63,885 nucleotides of DNA, taken from assembly GCF_001194135.2 (NCBI RefSeq), contig NC_069004.1, positions 18,697,699 to 18,761,583 of the forward strand, given 5' to 3'. Origin of the DNA: Octopus bimaculoides. Its lineage: Eukaryota. The notes under the pieces are model-generated. The model ran no database searches. It worked only from the letters and a program-made list of their open reading frames with translations, and was not told the DNA's origin. Within the stretch, counting starts at the first letter, position 1, and every line of letters starts with the position of its first letter. The translations under genes were made by a program, and so were the position numbers. Shown one piece after another: positions 53,831-63,885 of the stretch.

Positions 53831-53874
<44 letters not shown>

Positions 53875-54559
53875 TAATAATAATGATAATGATAATATCA
53901 TCAATTCATAAATCAGACAGCAGGCTATAAAGTTACAAAAGAAGAGGTGGTGGTTATGTGAGGATGTTCATGCCCTTCTGAAGAACACAATGTGATTGGG
54001 GGGGGGAGTTTCAGATCACAGCAAGAATTGAAACCAGGTCAGAGGTATTGAAGTTTTCCAAGACAGACATGGAGAGGGGGAAGAAAGGGAAATGGGTTAC
54101 AAAAACAAAACAAAACAAAACAAAAACAAATAAGGGTTAATTCACACAGCAATAGGGGGTAGAGTTTTTTAATCATAGATGCCAATAACTGGGAAGGTGT
54201 GTGTGTGTGGAGAGGGCCATGGGATAGAGAAGAGTGATGATGATGATGATGATGGTGGTAGTGAGAGATGGAGAGATATGTGAGGGTAGCAAGTGAGAGG
54301 GAGTGACATAAGGAGTGGGGGAGGGGGAGATTACATACACCACACAGATGTAAATAGAAGATAGGTGGAGGGGGATATGTAAGGGTTAGAAAGAGAAAGA
54401 GAGAGAGAGAGAGAGAGAGTTAGGAGGGGAGAGTAAAGAGAAGGAGAGTAAGGGGAGAGAAAGTGTATTATTAGAAAAGTGAGTCATTCAGAAGATTTAA
54501 CAACATAGTAGTAGGGGGTGAGGGTGGGTGGTTGTAGAGTGTTTATAGAAGTAGTAGTG

Positions 54560-54593
<34 letters not shown>

Positions 54594-54657
54594 CAGTGGT
54601 GGCAGCAGTGGTATTAGTTGTAGTAACAAGCTTATAGGGTAGTGATATTGGTGGTGG

Positions 54658-54697
<40 letters not shown>

Positions 54698-56599
54698 ATT
54701 TGATTCAATAAAATTCTTCCTGTGAGTCCCACTTAAAAAAGGACGAGATAAAAAGAGACACAGAAGTGAGGAAAGGTGGAACAGGGGAAAGACACACATA
54801 CACAGAGCATGATAGAAGAAGTGGTATAAGAATGTCATGGAAGAGAGAGAGAGAGAGAGAAGAAGAATCGCATGAAGGTTAAGGTTGGATGGGTCATATG
54901 CAAAGCCCCCCTCTAATGTTTTGCAGTGGGTGTGCACAGAAAGTTGTTTGTGTGCAACTTTTCGTTTTCATTGCAAAGTATGTGCACATCCACGTACATA
55001 AGTACCACTCAAGCACCCTATTGACCATCTAAGCATACCATTCTTAGAATTCATTAGGACATTATGTGATTAATTAATTTCTTCAATTAAAATAATTTCA
55101 TTTTATCTTGCAAACCTAGTGTGTGATCGTGTATTTCCTCTCTACGTGTTGTAAAACCTGTGCGTGTGTGTGTGTGTGTGTGTGTGCGTGCGTGTGTGTG
55201 TCTGTGTGTGTGCAAGAACGGTTTGGCCTGTTAGCATTTGAACTAGCCATATCCAGCCAAAATATCCTCCCTGTTCAATGTTCAAAATGGCTAGATCCGG
55301 CCTCTCACACCGATGCTACAATGTCATTCTCAAAATGAACAATCACATCATAGACGTCTTGAAGCTGTGAGATAATGCATGATTGATTCAAAAGGTTGAG
55401 TACAAGTAAGAATTACATTTGACAGGGTAATCTGAATGTGGAAGGGTGAAAGGAAACATTGGTGAGAGAAGAAAGTCAAAGTAAAGAGAGAGGGATCATT
55501 AGAATGAGAGATGGACAAGTCAGAGTATTGAGGCGGGGGGGGGGGGCAGCTTGTGATGTTGTCTTAGGGAAATAGGGGAACCTTAAGATTGGTGGATAAG
55601 AAAGGCAAACATCAGAAAGGGAGTCATAAGGGTCATAATTAGAAAGGTCTGAAGAGAAATCAAAGGAGAGAAGAGGAAAAAAAAAAAGCAGTCATAAAAA
55701 AGGAGAGAAAGAGAAAAGAGAGAGGCGAGGAGGTGGGGGGGTTCTTAAGAAAATGGTGAAGTAGAAAATAAAGAGAAGTTATGTAACGATAAACTGGAAT
55801 GTGAGAATGTAAGAGGGTGAAGAGATAGAAATAAAGGAAGAGGAGAACCTATTAGGACCACCACCACCACCACCACTACCACCACAGCCATCGCCATCAC
55901 TGTAACTGAGCTAGCAATGGAACCTCTAGGCGGACATTCACCTGACTGGAAATAACAGCAAAATCTCACTCCACAAACCACACACAACTGTTTTAAACCT
56001 AGAAAAGACTCAGTGAATAAAGTGGTGGTACTACTGCAGCTACTATTACTGCTGCGCCATACCTTCAAATCCTACAAAATGGTCACTTTTGAGATATCTT
56101 TGATTATAAGTCTGTACGATCAGGGGTTAATTTGAAGGATCACCACCATCACCACTACTGCCACTATCGTTGTCATCATCATCATCATCATCATCATTCC
56201 TTCCACTACTACCACCAACACCACCATTCTCATTGTTTTCCTCACTACAACCACTGCCAAAAAAGGTGCCATACATACGGCTAAAACTTTCACCATCATC
56301 ATCATCTTCAAATGTTAGAATGTATGGGAGAAGGGGAGGAAATTACAGCTCTTCCCTAACACAAACACATACACACAGGTACACACAAACATGCACACAA
56401 CAGCAAACTTCGTTTTCTTTCCCATTTCTTTGGATCCATCTCATTGTGCATTTCCACTGAAGGCTTGTTGTTGTTGTTGCTGTCTTTGAAGTGTTCCCTA
56501 TCAAATAACTGGGGGATTCCATTCTCAGCTTGGCAGGGGTTGATAGAGTTATGGGTAGGACGGAACAATGGTGAAGGTAGTCAGAGTAGTTAGATAAAG

Positions 56600-56870
56600 C
56601 TGGTGGTGGTGGTGGTGATGCTAACTATGGTGGTGGTTGTGGTAGTGATGGTGGTGGTGGTGGTGGTGGTGTTAGCAGCGGTGGTAGTGATGGTGGTGGT
56701 GGTAGCAGTGGTAGTAGTGATGGTGGTAATGGTGTTAGCAGCGATGGTAGTGATGGTGGTGGTGGTGGTGGTGATGTTAGAAATTGTGGTGGTGGTAATT
56801 GTGTTAGTAGTGTGGTAGTGATGGTGGTAATGTTAATGACAGTGGTAGTAGCCACGACAGTGGTAGTTGT
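56600..56870. repeat. Cryptic (GGT/GAT/AGT) trinucleotide repeat
   Basis: Source of the poly-Val, poly-Pro and poly-Thr ORFs. Confidence 0.9.
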
Positions 56871-57393
56871 ACAGGGGTGTCCTGGACAACAACCAAGCTA
56901 TCCAAAACGTCTTTTATTCAAGACAGTGAGATGTGGTTTAGCTGCTATTTCTAACATGTTGAACAGTAGATATAACAGTATTGGCTACAGTAGTAGTAGT
57001 GGTAATCGCATAGGTGGTGAGGAGGTAGTAGTAATGAATGTAGGGGTGGCAGCAGTGTAGTGATAATCATGCAGTTGTTGTCAATTAACCCTTAGTCAAC
57101 CTTGACAGAGCATATCTATAAGCAAAAACGTTCCAGCCATGACCATCCCATCTGTATTTCAATGAACAGGGAATCCAGAACATAATCCAGCATGTTTTTT
57201 GGTTTTGCTTTGCTTTTTTTTTTATCGAAGGCAGTGGAAGTGTGATCTGAGCATTATTTTGCTGCTGTTTCCAGCAAGCCAAGTGACTGCATAGGGGCTT
57301 CTACTTTGTCTCATGAAGATGGCGGCAGTGGTGATGTTGGCACAAAGCACATGCATGTATGCATGCATGTGTGTGCGTGTGTGTGTGTGTGTG

Positions 57394-57437
<44 letters not shown>

Positions 57438-58270
57438 CGTGCCAGGGGTGGGGGTGGGGGAGAAGGAGCTTGGAGAAACTGGTGAATGAATTGAATAAAG
57501 TAGTAAGGAAAGATTAGGGAAGGATGTGGTGGTGGTGTAGGCTATAGCCATTGTNNNNNNNNNNNNNNNNNNNNNNNNNNNNNNNNNNNNNNNNNNNNNN
57601 NNNNNNNNNNNNNNNNNNNNNNNNNNNNNNNNNNNNNNNNNNNNNNNNNNNNNNNNNNNNNNNNNNNNNNNNNNNNNNNNNNNNNNNNNNNNNNNNNNNN
57701 NNNNNNNNNNNNNNNNNNNNNNNNNNNNNNNNNNNNNNNNNNNNNNNNNNNNNNNNNNNNNNNNNNNNNNNNNNNNNNNNNNNNNNNNNNNNNNNNNNNN
57801 NNNNNNNNNNNNNNNNNNNNNNNNNNNNNNNNNNNNNNNNNNNNNNNNNNNNNNNNNNNNNNNNNNNNNNNNNNNNNNNNNNNNNNNNNNNNNNNNNNNN
57901 NNNNNNNNNNNNNNNNNNNNNNNNNNNNNNNNNNNNNNNNNNNNNNNNNNNNNNNNNNNNNNNNNNNNNNNNNNNNNNNNNNNNNNNNNNNNNNNNNNNN
58001 NNNNNNNNNNNNNNNNNNNNNNNNNNNNNNNNNNNNNNNNNNNNNNNAGAAAAAGAGACAGATGAAGAATGAAAGAGGGAATGAACAAGATAGACAATGA
58101 GAAGGAAGGGGGAGAGGGGGTGCCATTAAGAAAGAACTTGGGACTAGTAAGAAGGAGGTGGAGGAAGGGGGGTGGGAGAAGGAGAGAGAGAGAGAGAAAG
58201 CAATGGAACAAATGAAAGGGAAAAGGGAGTGGGAGGGAAGAAAGGGGGAACAATGATGTGAAGGGAGAGC

Positions 58271-58312
<42 letters not shown>

Positions 58313-58930
58313 GTCAGGATGAGAGGGTGGAAAGAGTTTGACAAGAGAGAGTGAGAGAAAGAAGGAGAGAGGGGTAGGAGAGAAGATTTAATTGAGAGTG
58401 ACAGAGAGAGAGAGAGAGATGAAAGAAGAATGAGAAAGGGGGAAAAAAGGGACCACCAGAGTGATGTGTGTGGGTGTTGTTGTTATGTTGTGATGGGGAG
58501 GAGAGGAGGCAGAGCAAGAGAAAGAGTGGGAGGAGGGAGAGAGAAGGAGGGGGAGAGATGTGATGCTGAATGGATGAGAGATACACAACAAACTAGATAA
58601 CTATGAATGGAATGTAGCCTTGTTTATTTGTCTTGCTGCAGAATTGTTCCATGACAACAACCACTACACTTTGACACCACCCTCACAACCACCACTACCA
58701 CCACCACCACCACCACTACTACTATTACTACTACTACTAGGATCACTATCAATAAACACAATAATAGCCCACCACCATCACCACAACCACTGCCTTCACC
58801 ACCACTTAGCTATATAAGCCTTTGAGAGTTACTATGTAAGAGCCTGACATGGTAGAAATAACAGGCAAATTTCTCTCCCTCTCAAATCACATCCCAACTT
58901 TTACTGTCTCTGAAATGAAAAAAAAATGCA

Positions 58931-59232
58931 GGTGCAGGAGTGGCTGTGTGGTAAGTAGCTTGCTTACCAACCACATGGTTCTGGGTTCAGTCCCACTGTG
59001 TGGCACCTTGGGCAAGTGTCTTCTACTATAGCCTCTCGGGCCGACCAAAGCCTTGTGAGTGGATTTGGTAGATGGAAACTGAAAGAAGCCCGTCGTATAT
59101 ATGTATATATGTATGTATATATATATGTGTGTGTATGTGTTTGTATGTGTTTGTGTGTCTGTGTTTGTCCCCCCAACATCGCTTGACAACCGATGCTGGT
59201 GTGTTTACATCCCTGTAACTTAACAGTTTGGC
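58931..59232 (+). mobile_element. SINE A, 3'-truncated
   Basis: Complete head GGTGCAGGAGTGGCTGTGTGGTAAG through GTAACTTAACAGTTTGGC. Confidence 0.9.
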
Positions 59233-59747
59233 CTGGAGCTAAATGATAATTCTTTCTGCTATATGAAGGTAGGGAGGGACAAGGCCTGAAATTTTGAGGG
59301 AGGGGGCTGTTGATTTCATTGACTCCAGTACTCGTTTTCACATCTCCAATCCTATAACAATCCACCCTACTGAACTAGCATATTTTATTGACCACCTTGG
59401 ATGCAATAAAAGTAAAGCGGTTCCTGGTGGGATTTGAATTAAGGGCTGAAACAAACATCACAAGTATTTTTATCTGATACTCTAAGGATTCTGCTAACAC
59501 AACACAAACAAGACTAGTACAAAGAAAAATAAGTTTTCATATATGTCATGGATTTATACCAGACCTGCTTGGGCCCTCAAATCTTCCCTCAATACACCAC
59601 ACTAAACCACAACAACAGCACACTCTACATCAGTGGGTCTCAACTGGGGTCATATAAGATTTTGTAGTTAAAATTTATCTGCAATAAATTGGTTGTTTTT
59701 CTACAATAAACAAAATATTTGAATTTTTTCTATGCAATTCTTACTCT

Positions 59748-60159
59748 ATTATTCTTTTACTTGTTTCAGTCATTTGACTGTGGCCATGCTGGAGCACCGC
59801 CTTTAGTTGAGCAAATCGACTTCAGGACTTATTCTTTGTAAGCCTAGTACTCATTCTATCGGTCACTTTTACCAAACTGCGAAGTTACAGACACACAAAC
59901 ACACCAACATCGGTTGTCAAGCAATGTTGGAGGGACAAACAGACACACAAACACACAGACATATACACACACATACATATATATATGTATACATACGACG
60001 GGCTTCTTTCAGTTTCCATCTACCAAATCCACTCATAAGGCTTTGGTCGGCCCGTGGCTATAGTACAAGACACTTGCCCAAAGTGTCACGCAGTGGGACT
60101 GAACCCGGAACCATGTGGTTCGTAAGCAAGTTACTTACCACACAGCCACGCCTATGCCT
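59748..60159 (-). mobile_element. SINE A, full length (~410 bp)
   Basis: All family A modules present. Confidence 0.9.
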
Positions 60160-60197
60160 ATAGTAATGAACTACTTAGATATGTGAGGGACAAAGTA

Positions 60198-60376
60198 CCG
60201 TATTTTAACATGTATAAGGGAACCCACATGTATAAGGAACCCCATAATTTTGGGAGCTTAAAATTTGAAAAAAGAGTTTTGTAAGGGATTATAATACTAT
60301 CTGTGTATAAGAAACTCAAATATTTTTTAACCTGATTTTTGACAAAAAAGGGTTCCGTATACATGTTAAAATATGG
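60198..60376. mobile_element. Tc2/pogo-type MITE, 179 bp
   Basis: TIR CCGTATTTTAACATGTATA / TATACATGTTAAAATATGG with TA on both sides. Confidence 0.85.
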
Positions 60377-61576
60377 TAAGTCTTTGCAGGAAGTACCAAA
60401 CCTCACAACCCTTGCCATAGTCAAGTCATTTCAGTAGCATTTCTGTCATTGGAACACCTGAATATTCCAACTCTCTCAGTGTTGGGCTTTCTTTAGAAAT
60501 CCAGGCCCCCACCAAGTCCAGCAAAGATTTAATCCAAAATACCTCAGAACAACACCAACATCATCTAAAAGTACTCTTTTCCCTTTCAATCGAGACACAT
60601 CTACAATAACATTAAACACCTCAAAACATCCAACAATGAAGGAATCTCTAGACCAGTGGTTCTCAACCAGAGTCCATAAGGCCCTTGGGAGTCCATAAAA
60701 GATTTTGTTGTTAAATTTAATTAAAATACACAAAATTTATTGAAATACCCAAAATATTTTGTCTTTTATACAATTCCTAATAATATCTAATTTTAAAAGC
60801 ACAGTTAAGATTTTATTTTTATATCCATTGAATGGCTGCGAAGGTCCAGTAGAGTAAAATAAGAATCAAAGGGGTCTCTGGAGACAAAAAATGGTTGAGA
60901 AACATTGGTCTGCAGTTATTTGGACCTTCTAAAAACAATAACCAAATTTTCTCAAATCACAAAAAGTGTGTAGCATCCAGCAAAAGGTCATTCAACTGAC
61001 TGAAATTCAATCACTAAAAGACATTCCCCAGCTTTTGGTCGACAAGTGTACTGCATCCCCTCTCTGTCTTTTTTGCCATTACTATAACAGTTTCAAATTT
61101 TGGCACAAAGTTAGCAATTTTGAGGGGAGGGGTAAGCCGATTACATTGACACCAGTGTTCGATTGGTATTTGTTTCAATGACCCTGAAAGAATGAAAGGC
61201 AACGTCGACCTCAGCAGAATTTGAACTCTGAAGACAGACGGAATGCCACTAAGCATTTTGCCCCTGTATGCTAACAATTCTGTGAGCTTGCCGCCTTTGT
61301 CACTATTATAATTGTCTTTTGGAGATTGTTGAGCACCTTTGCCCTCAACTCAATCATCCCATTTCCCCTTGTATCTTTCTACCTCTCAACATCCTTGTTG
61401 CTTACAACCCCCTCAATCATGCACTAACCACTGTTCTCTATCCTTCTTCCCCTATTACATCATCTCTCTGAGATCATCACCCTGCCCATGTGTTTCCAAT
61501 AGAATATTTAATGACATCAAACATGGAGGGTTGGCAAAGGTCATGGGGGCACTGCCCCCTTTCTACAACTTCAGCA

Positions 61577-61611
<35 letters not shown>

Positions 61612-62939
61612 TCACTCACTCACATATCCACACACAACTGGTGTAAAGAAGAGCATCTGGCCATAGAATCCTGCTTCAAATATTCTCAATCTGAACCCAT
61701 GGTTGCGTGGAAAGCATGCGTTAACCCTTTGGTATTCAGATTATTCTGGTAAATGTGATGCTTATTTATTCTCATTCGTTTGAATTAATCATACATTATC
61801 TCACAGCTTTCAAATTTCAATGATGTGATTGCTTATTTTTAGAATGACACTGTTGGGTAAGTGTGAGAAGCTGGATCTGGCTGGTGTGAACATAAAATAT
61901 GTACAATATTTGGGCCGGATGTGGCCCACACACACACACTATTCCTTTACTGGTTTTTGGTATATAGAAAGACAGATGGCAGGGTAATGCCATTAGTAGG
62001 AGAGGTTAGAAAGTTAGAGGAGGGTGAAACATTGTAATTGAATAAATCAGGGGAAGTTAAATTAAGAGAAGTTAAACAAGAAAATTGCAGCAAATCTACA
62101 TGATTGTGGTGTCAGACGTGGTATGCAGACCATCAGATAACTTGTTCTATTCTTTCCTTTTATTTTGTTTGACATGCACATTGCATTTTTATTCTTCTCC
62201 TCTGTCTTATGAATTCAATGTGCACATGCACATTGCATGTTCATACTTCTCTTTCCGGTTCTCATTCAAAATTGTTTACAGATCACAACCGTCTCACGAA
62301 CCTGCATTCATGAGGAGCACTTTGCGCCAAGATGGTTGTGAAGAAAAAGCAGTTAAGAACAAGATAGAGAAGGTGAAAAAAATGAAAAACAGTGGAAAAT
62401 GAAAAAAACTGAAAAAGTGTGAAAGGGTGAGATTTATTAAACTACACAAACTTCAAAAAGAAAAAAAACCCTCAATGAAAAAGGTTCTCAAACAATGCAT
62501 AAAATACCTAAAGTTCTCAAAAACTGGACAATCATCACACTGGGGTACTAACTCTAGGGGTTTAACCTTTTAGCATTTAAACTTGCTATATCAAGCCCAA
62601 ATATCCTACCTTGTTTTATGTTCACACTGGTCAAATCTGGTCTCTCACACTCATCCTACAATGTCATTTTAAAAATAAGCAATCACTTCATCAAACTCTA
62701 GAAGCTATATGATCCTGCATGATTAATTCAAATGATGGGACTCGAATTGGCCCGACACTTATTTTTAACTCTGGTGCTTATTCAATTGGCTTCTTTTGCC
62801 AAACTGCTAAGTTTCAAAGGGACAAACACACACACATATACTTGTTTGCGGATAGTCTAGATACTCTCATAGGCATATCCGTGACTATTTGACTTATGAT
62901 TGATCTAGGGTGATTAAAGCTTTAGTGGACATAATGAAA

Positions 62940-63235
62940 GATTTTATTTGGCTTGTGGTAACAACCAGATGGGATATCTAGGGCTGGGTCTAAAAAAGTT
63001 GAAGATGTTAGTGTTAGTTTCAAAGGTGAGGGAGAGGTTGTGTTTCTTTAATAATTTTCTAAGGTTTTTCGTTCCATTTGGGAAGGATTGTTTCCGTCTT
63101 TTCAGTGAGTCTGCAGTCATCACTTTATAGCCAGCCTCCGCTATCCACAAAGAGGCAAATGTTTGAGAACATAGCAGGCTACTACAATGAGGCTCTTAGC
63201 AGAAGTGGATACTCAGAAAAAATCTCTAACATTAT
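62940..63235. mobile_element. Penelope-like RT fragment with an internal inversion
   Basis: Minus strand 63110->62940 reads LRKLLKKHNLSLTFETNTNIFNF(L)DPALDIPSGCYHKPN; plus strand 63140->63235 reads LSTKRQMFENIAGYYNEALSRSGYSEKI. Confidence 0.7.
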
Positions 63236-63269
63236 ATGTGTAAATTCACAACACATCATATATACACCT

Positions 63270-63304
<35 letters not shown>

Positions 63305-63885
63305 CAGGATGGTTGTAATAACTAAAATACTGAAATAGTGTTGATCAAGAATACTGTTTGACCAATCAAAAATGTCCCGGGGCTATACAAAAACAACAAC
63401 AACAATAGTACAACAACTAAAAACTGCCTAAAAGGATAAAAAAATGAAAACAGCCCATTATTAGTTAACATATTTGTCAGACACCCTTAGAAAAGATGGG
63501 ATGGTCACAGATGGACTGTGTTTGACCAAAAGTTTTACTTGATCACAGCTGACTTGGGGCTAAAAATAACAAAACATAATAACCACCACCACCACCACCA
63601 CCACCACTACAAGTAATGATATAAACCCCACCACCACCGCTCTCACCTCCTGATCAAATCCACTAAAAGCAAGACTACAGAATCATATTAAGTAAGGGAT
63701 GGTGTTTATATGAAGAGCTTGTGTGTGACATGTCAAGGATATAGGGATATATACTTTGCCAGAAGGGGCCAGGGGAACACTTCTGAGTAAACAGTGAATT
63801 TATAGGATTAACATATACATACATTATGTGTAAGTATATGGTGCATGTGTGAGTTTGTCTCTGCAATGTGTGTGTGTGTATATAT

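Noticed and set aside
57316-57326. YY1-like AAGATGGCGGC
   Set aside because: A single motif with no other promoter evidence
60421-60679. ~85-codon plus-strand open frame after CCATAG
   Set aside because: No recognisable domain, CA-rich strand bias, and it runs into a hAT MITE
62281-62402. Acceptor TTTACAG followed by a Lys-rich ORF or THAP-like HF motif
   Set aside because: Short, low complexity, with no donor and no complete domain

Overview
AT-rich, microsatellite-saturated, gap-ridden eukaryotic scaffold. The SINE families, RTE tails and (TA)/(CA)/(AAT)/(GATA) load suggest an octopus (cephalopod) draft assembly; the species is inferred, not proven. I find no confidently intact host protein gene. 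Almost all ORFs in the track are microsatellite or N-gap artefacts, and the protein-like ones are retroelement or transposon fossils: RTE LINEs, an R4/Dong-like non-LTR element, two Penelope-like (PLE) fragments, a mariner and a maT/DD37D transposase. The window also holds at least three tRNA-headed SINE families and Tc1/mariner-, Tc2-, hAT- and piggyBac-type MITEs. The most interesting signal is a ~500-bp foldback at 36600-37103. Each arm carries a minimal type-I hammerhead-ribozyme motif pointing outward, around a near-perfect inner hairpin. A second ~420-bp foldback with a decayed hammerhead-like centre lies at 50001-50424, and PLE RT/GIY-YIG fossils lie nearby. A possible first coding exon of a minus-strand gene (46406-46538) has an unusual motif-plus-(CA)n array just upstream.
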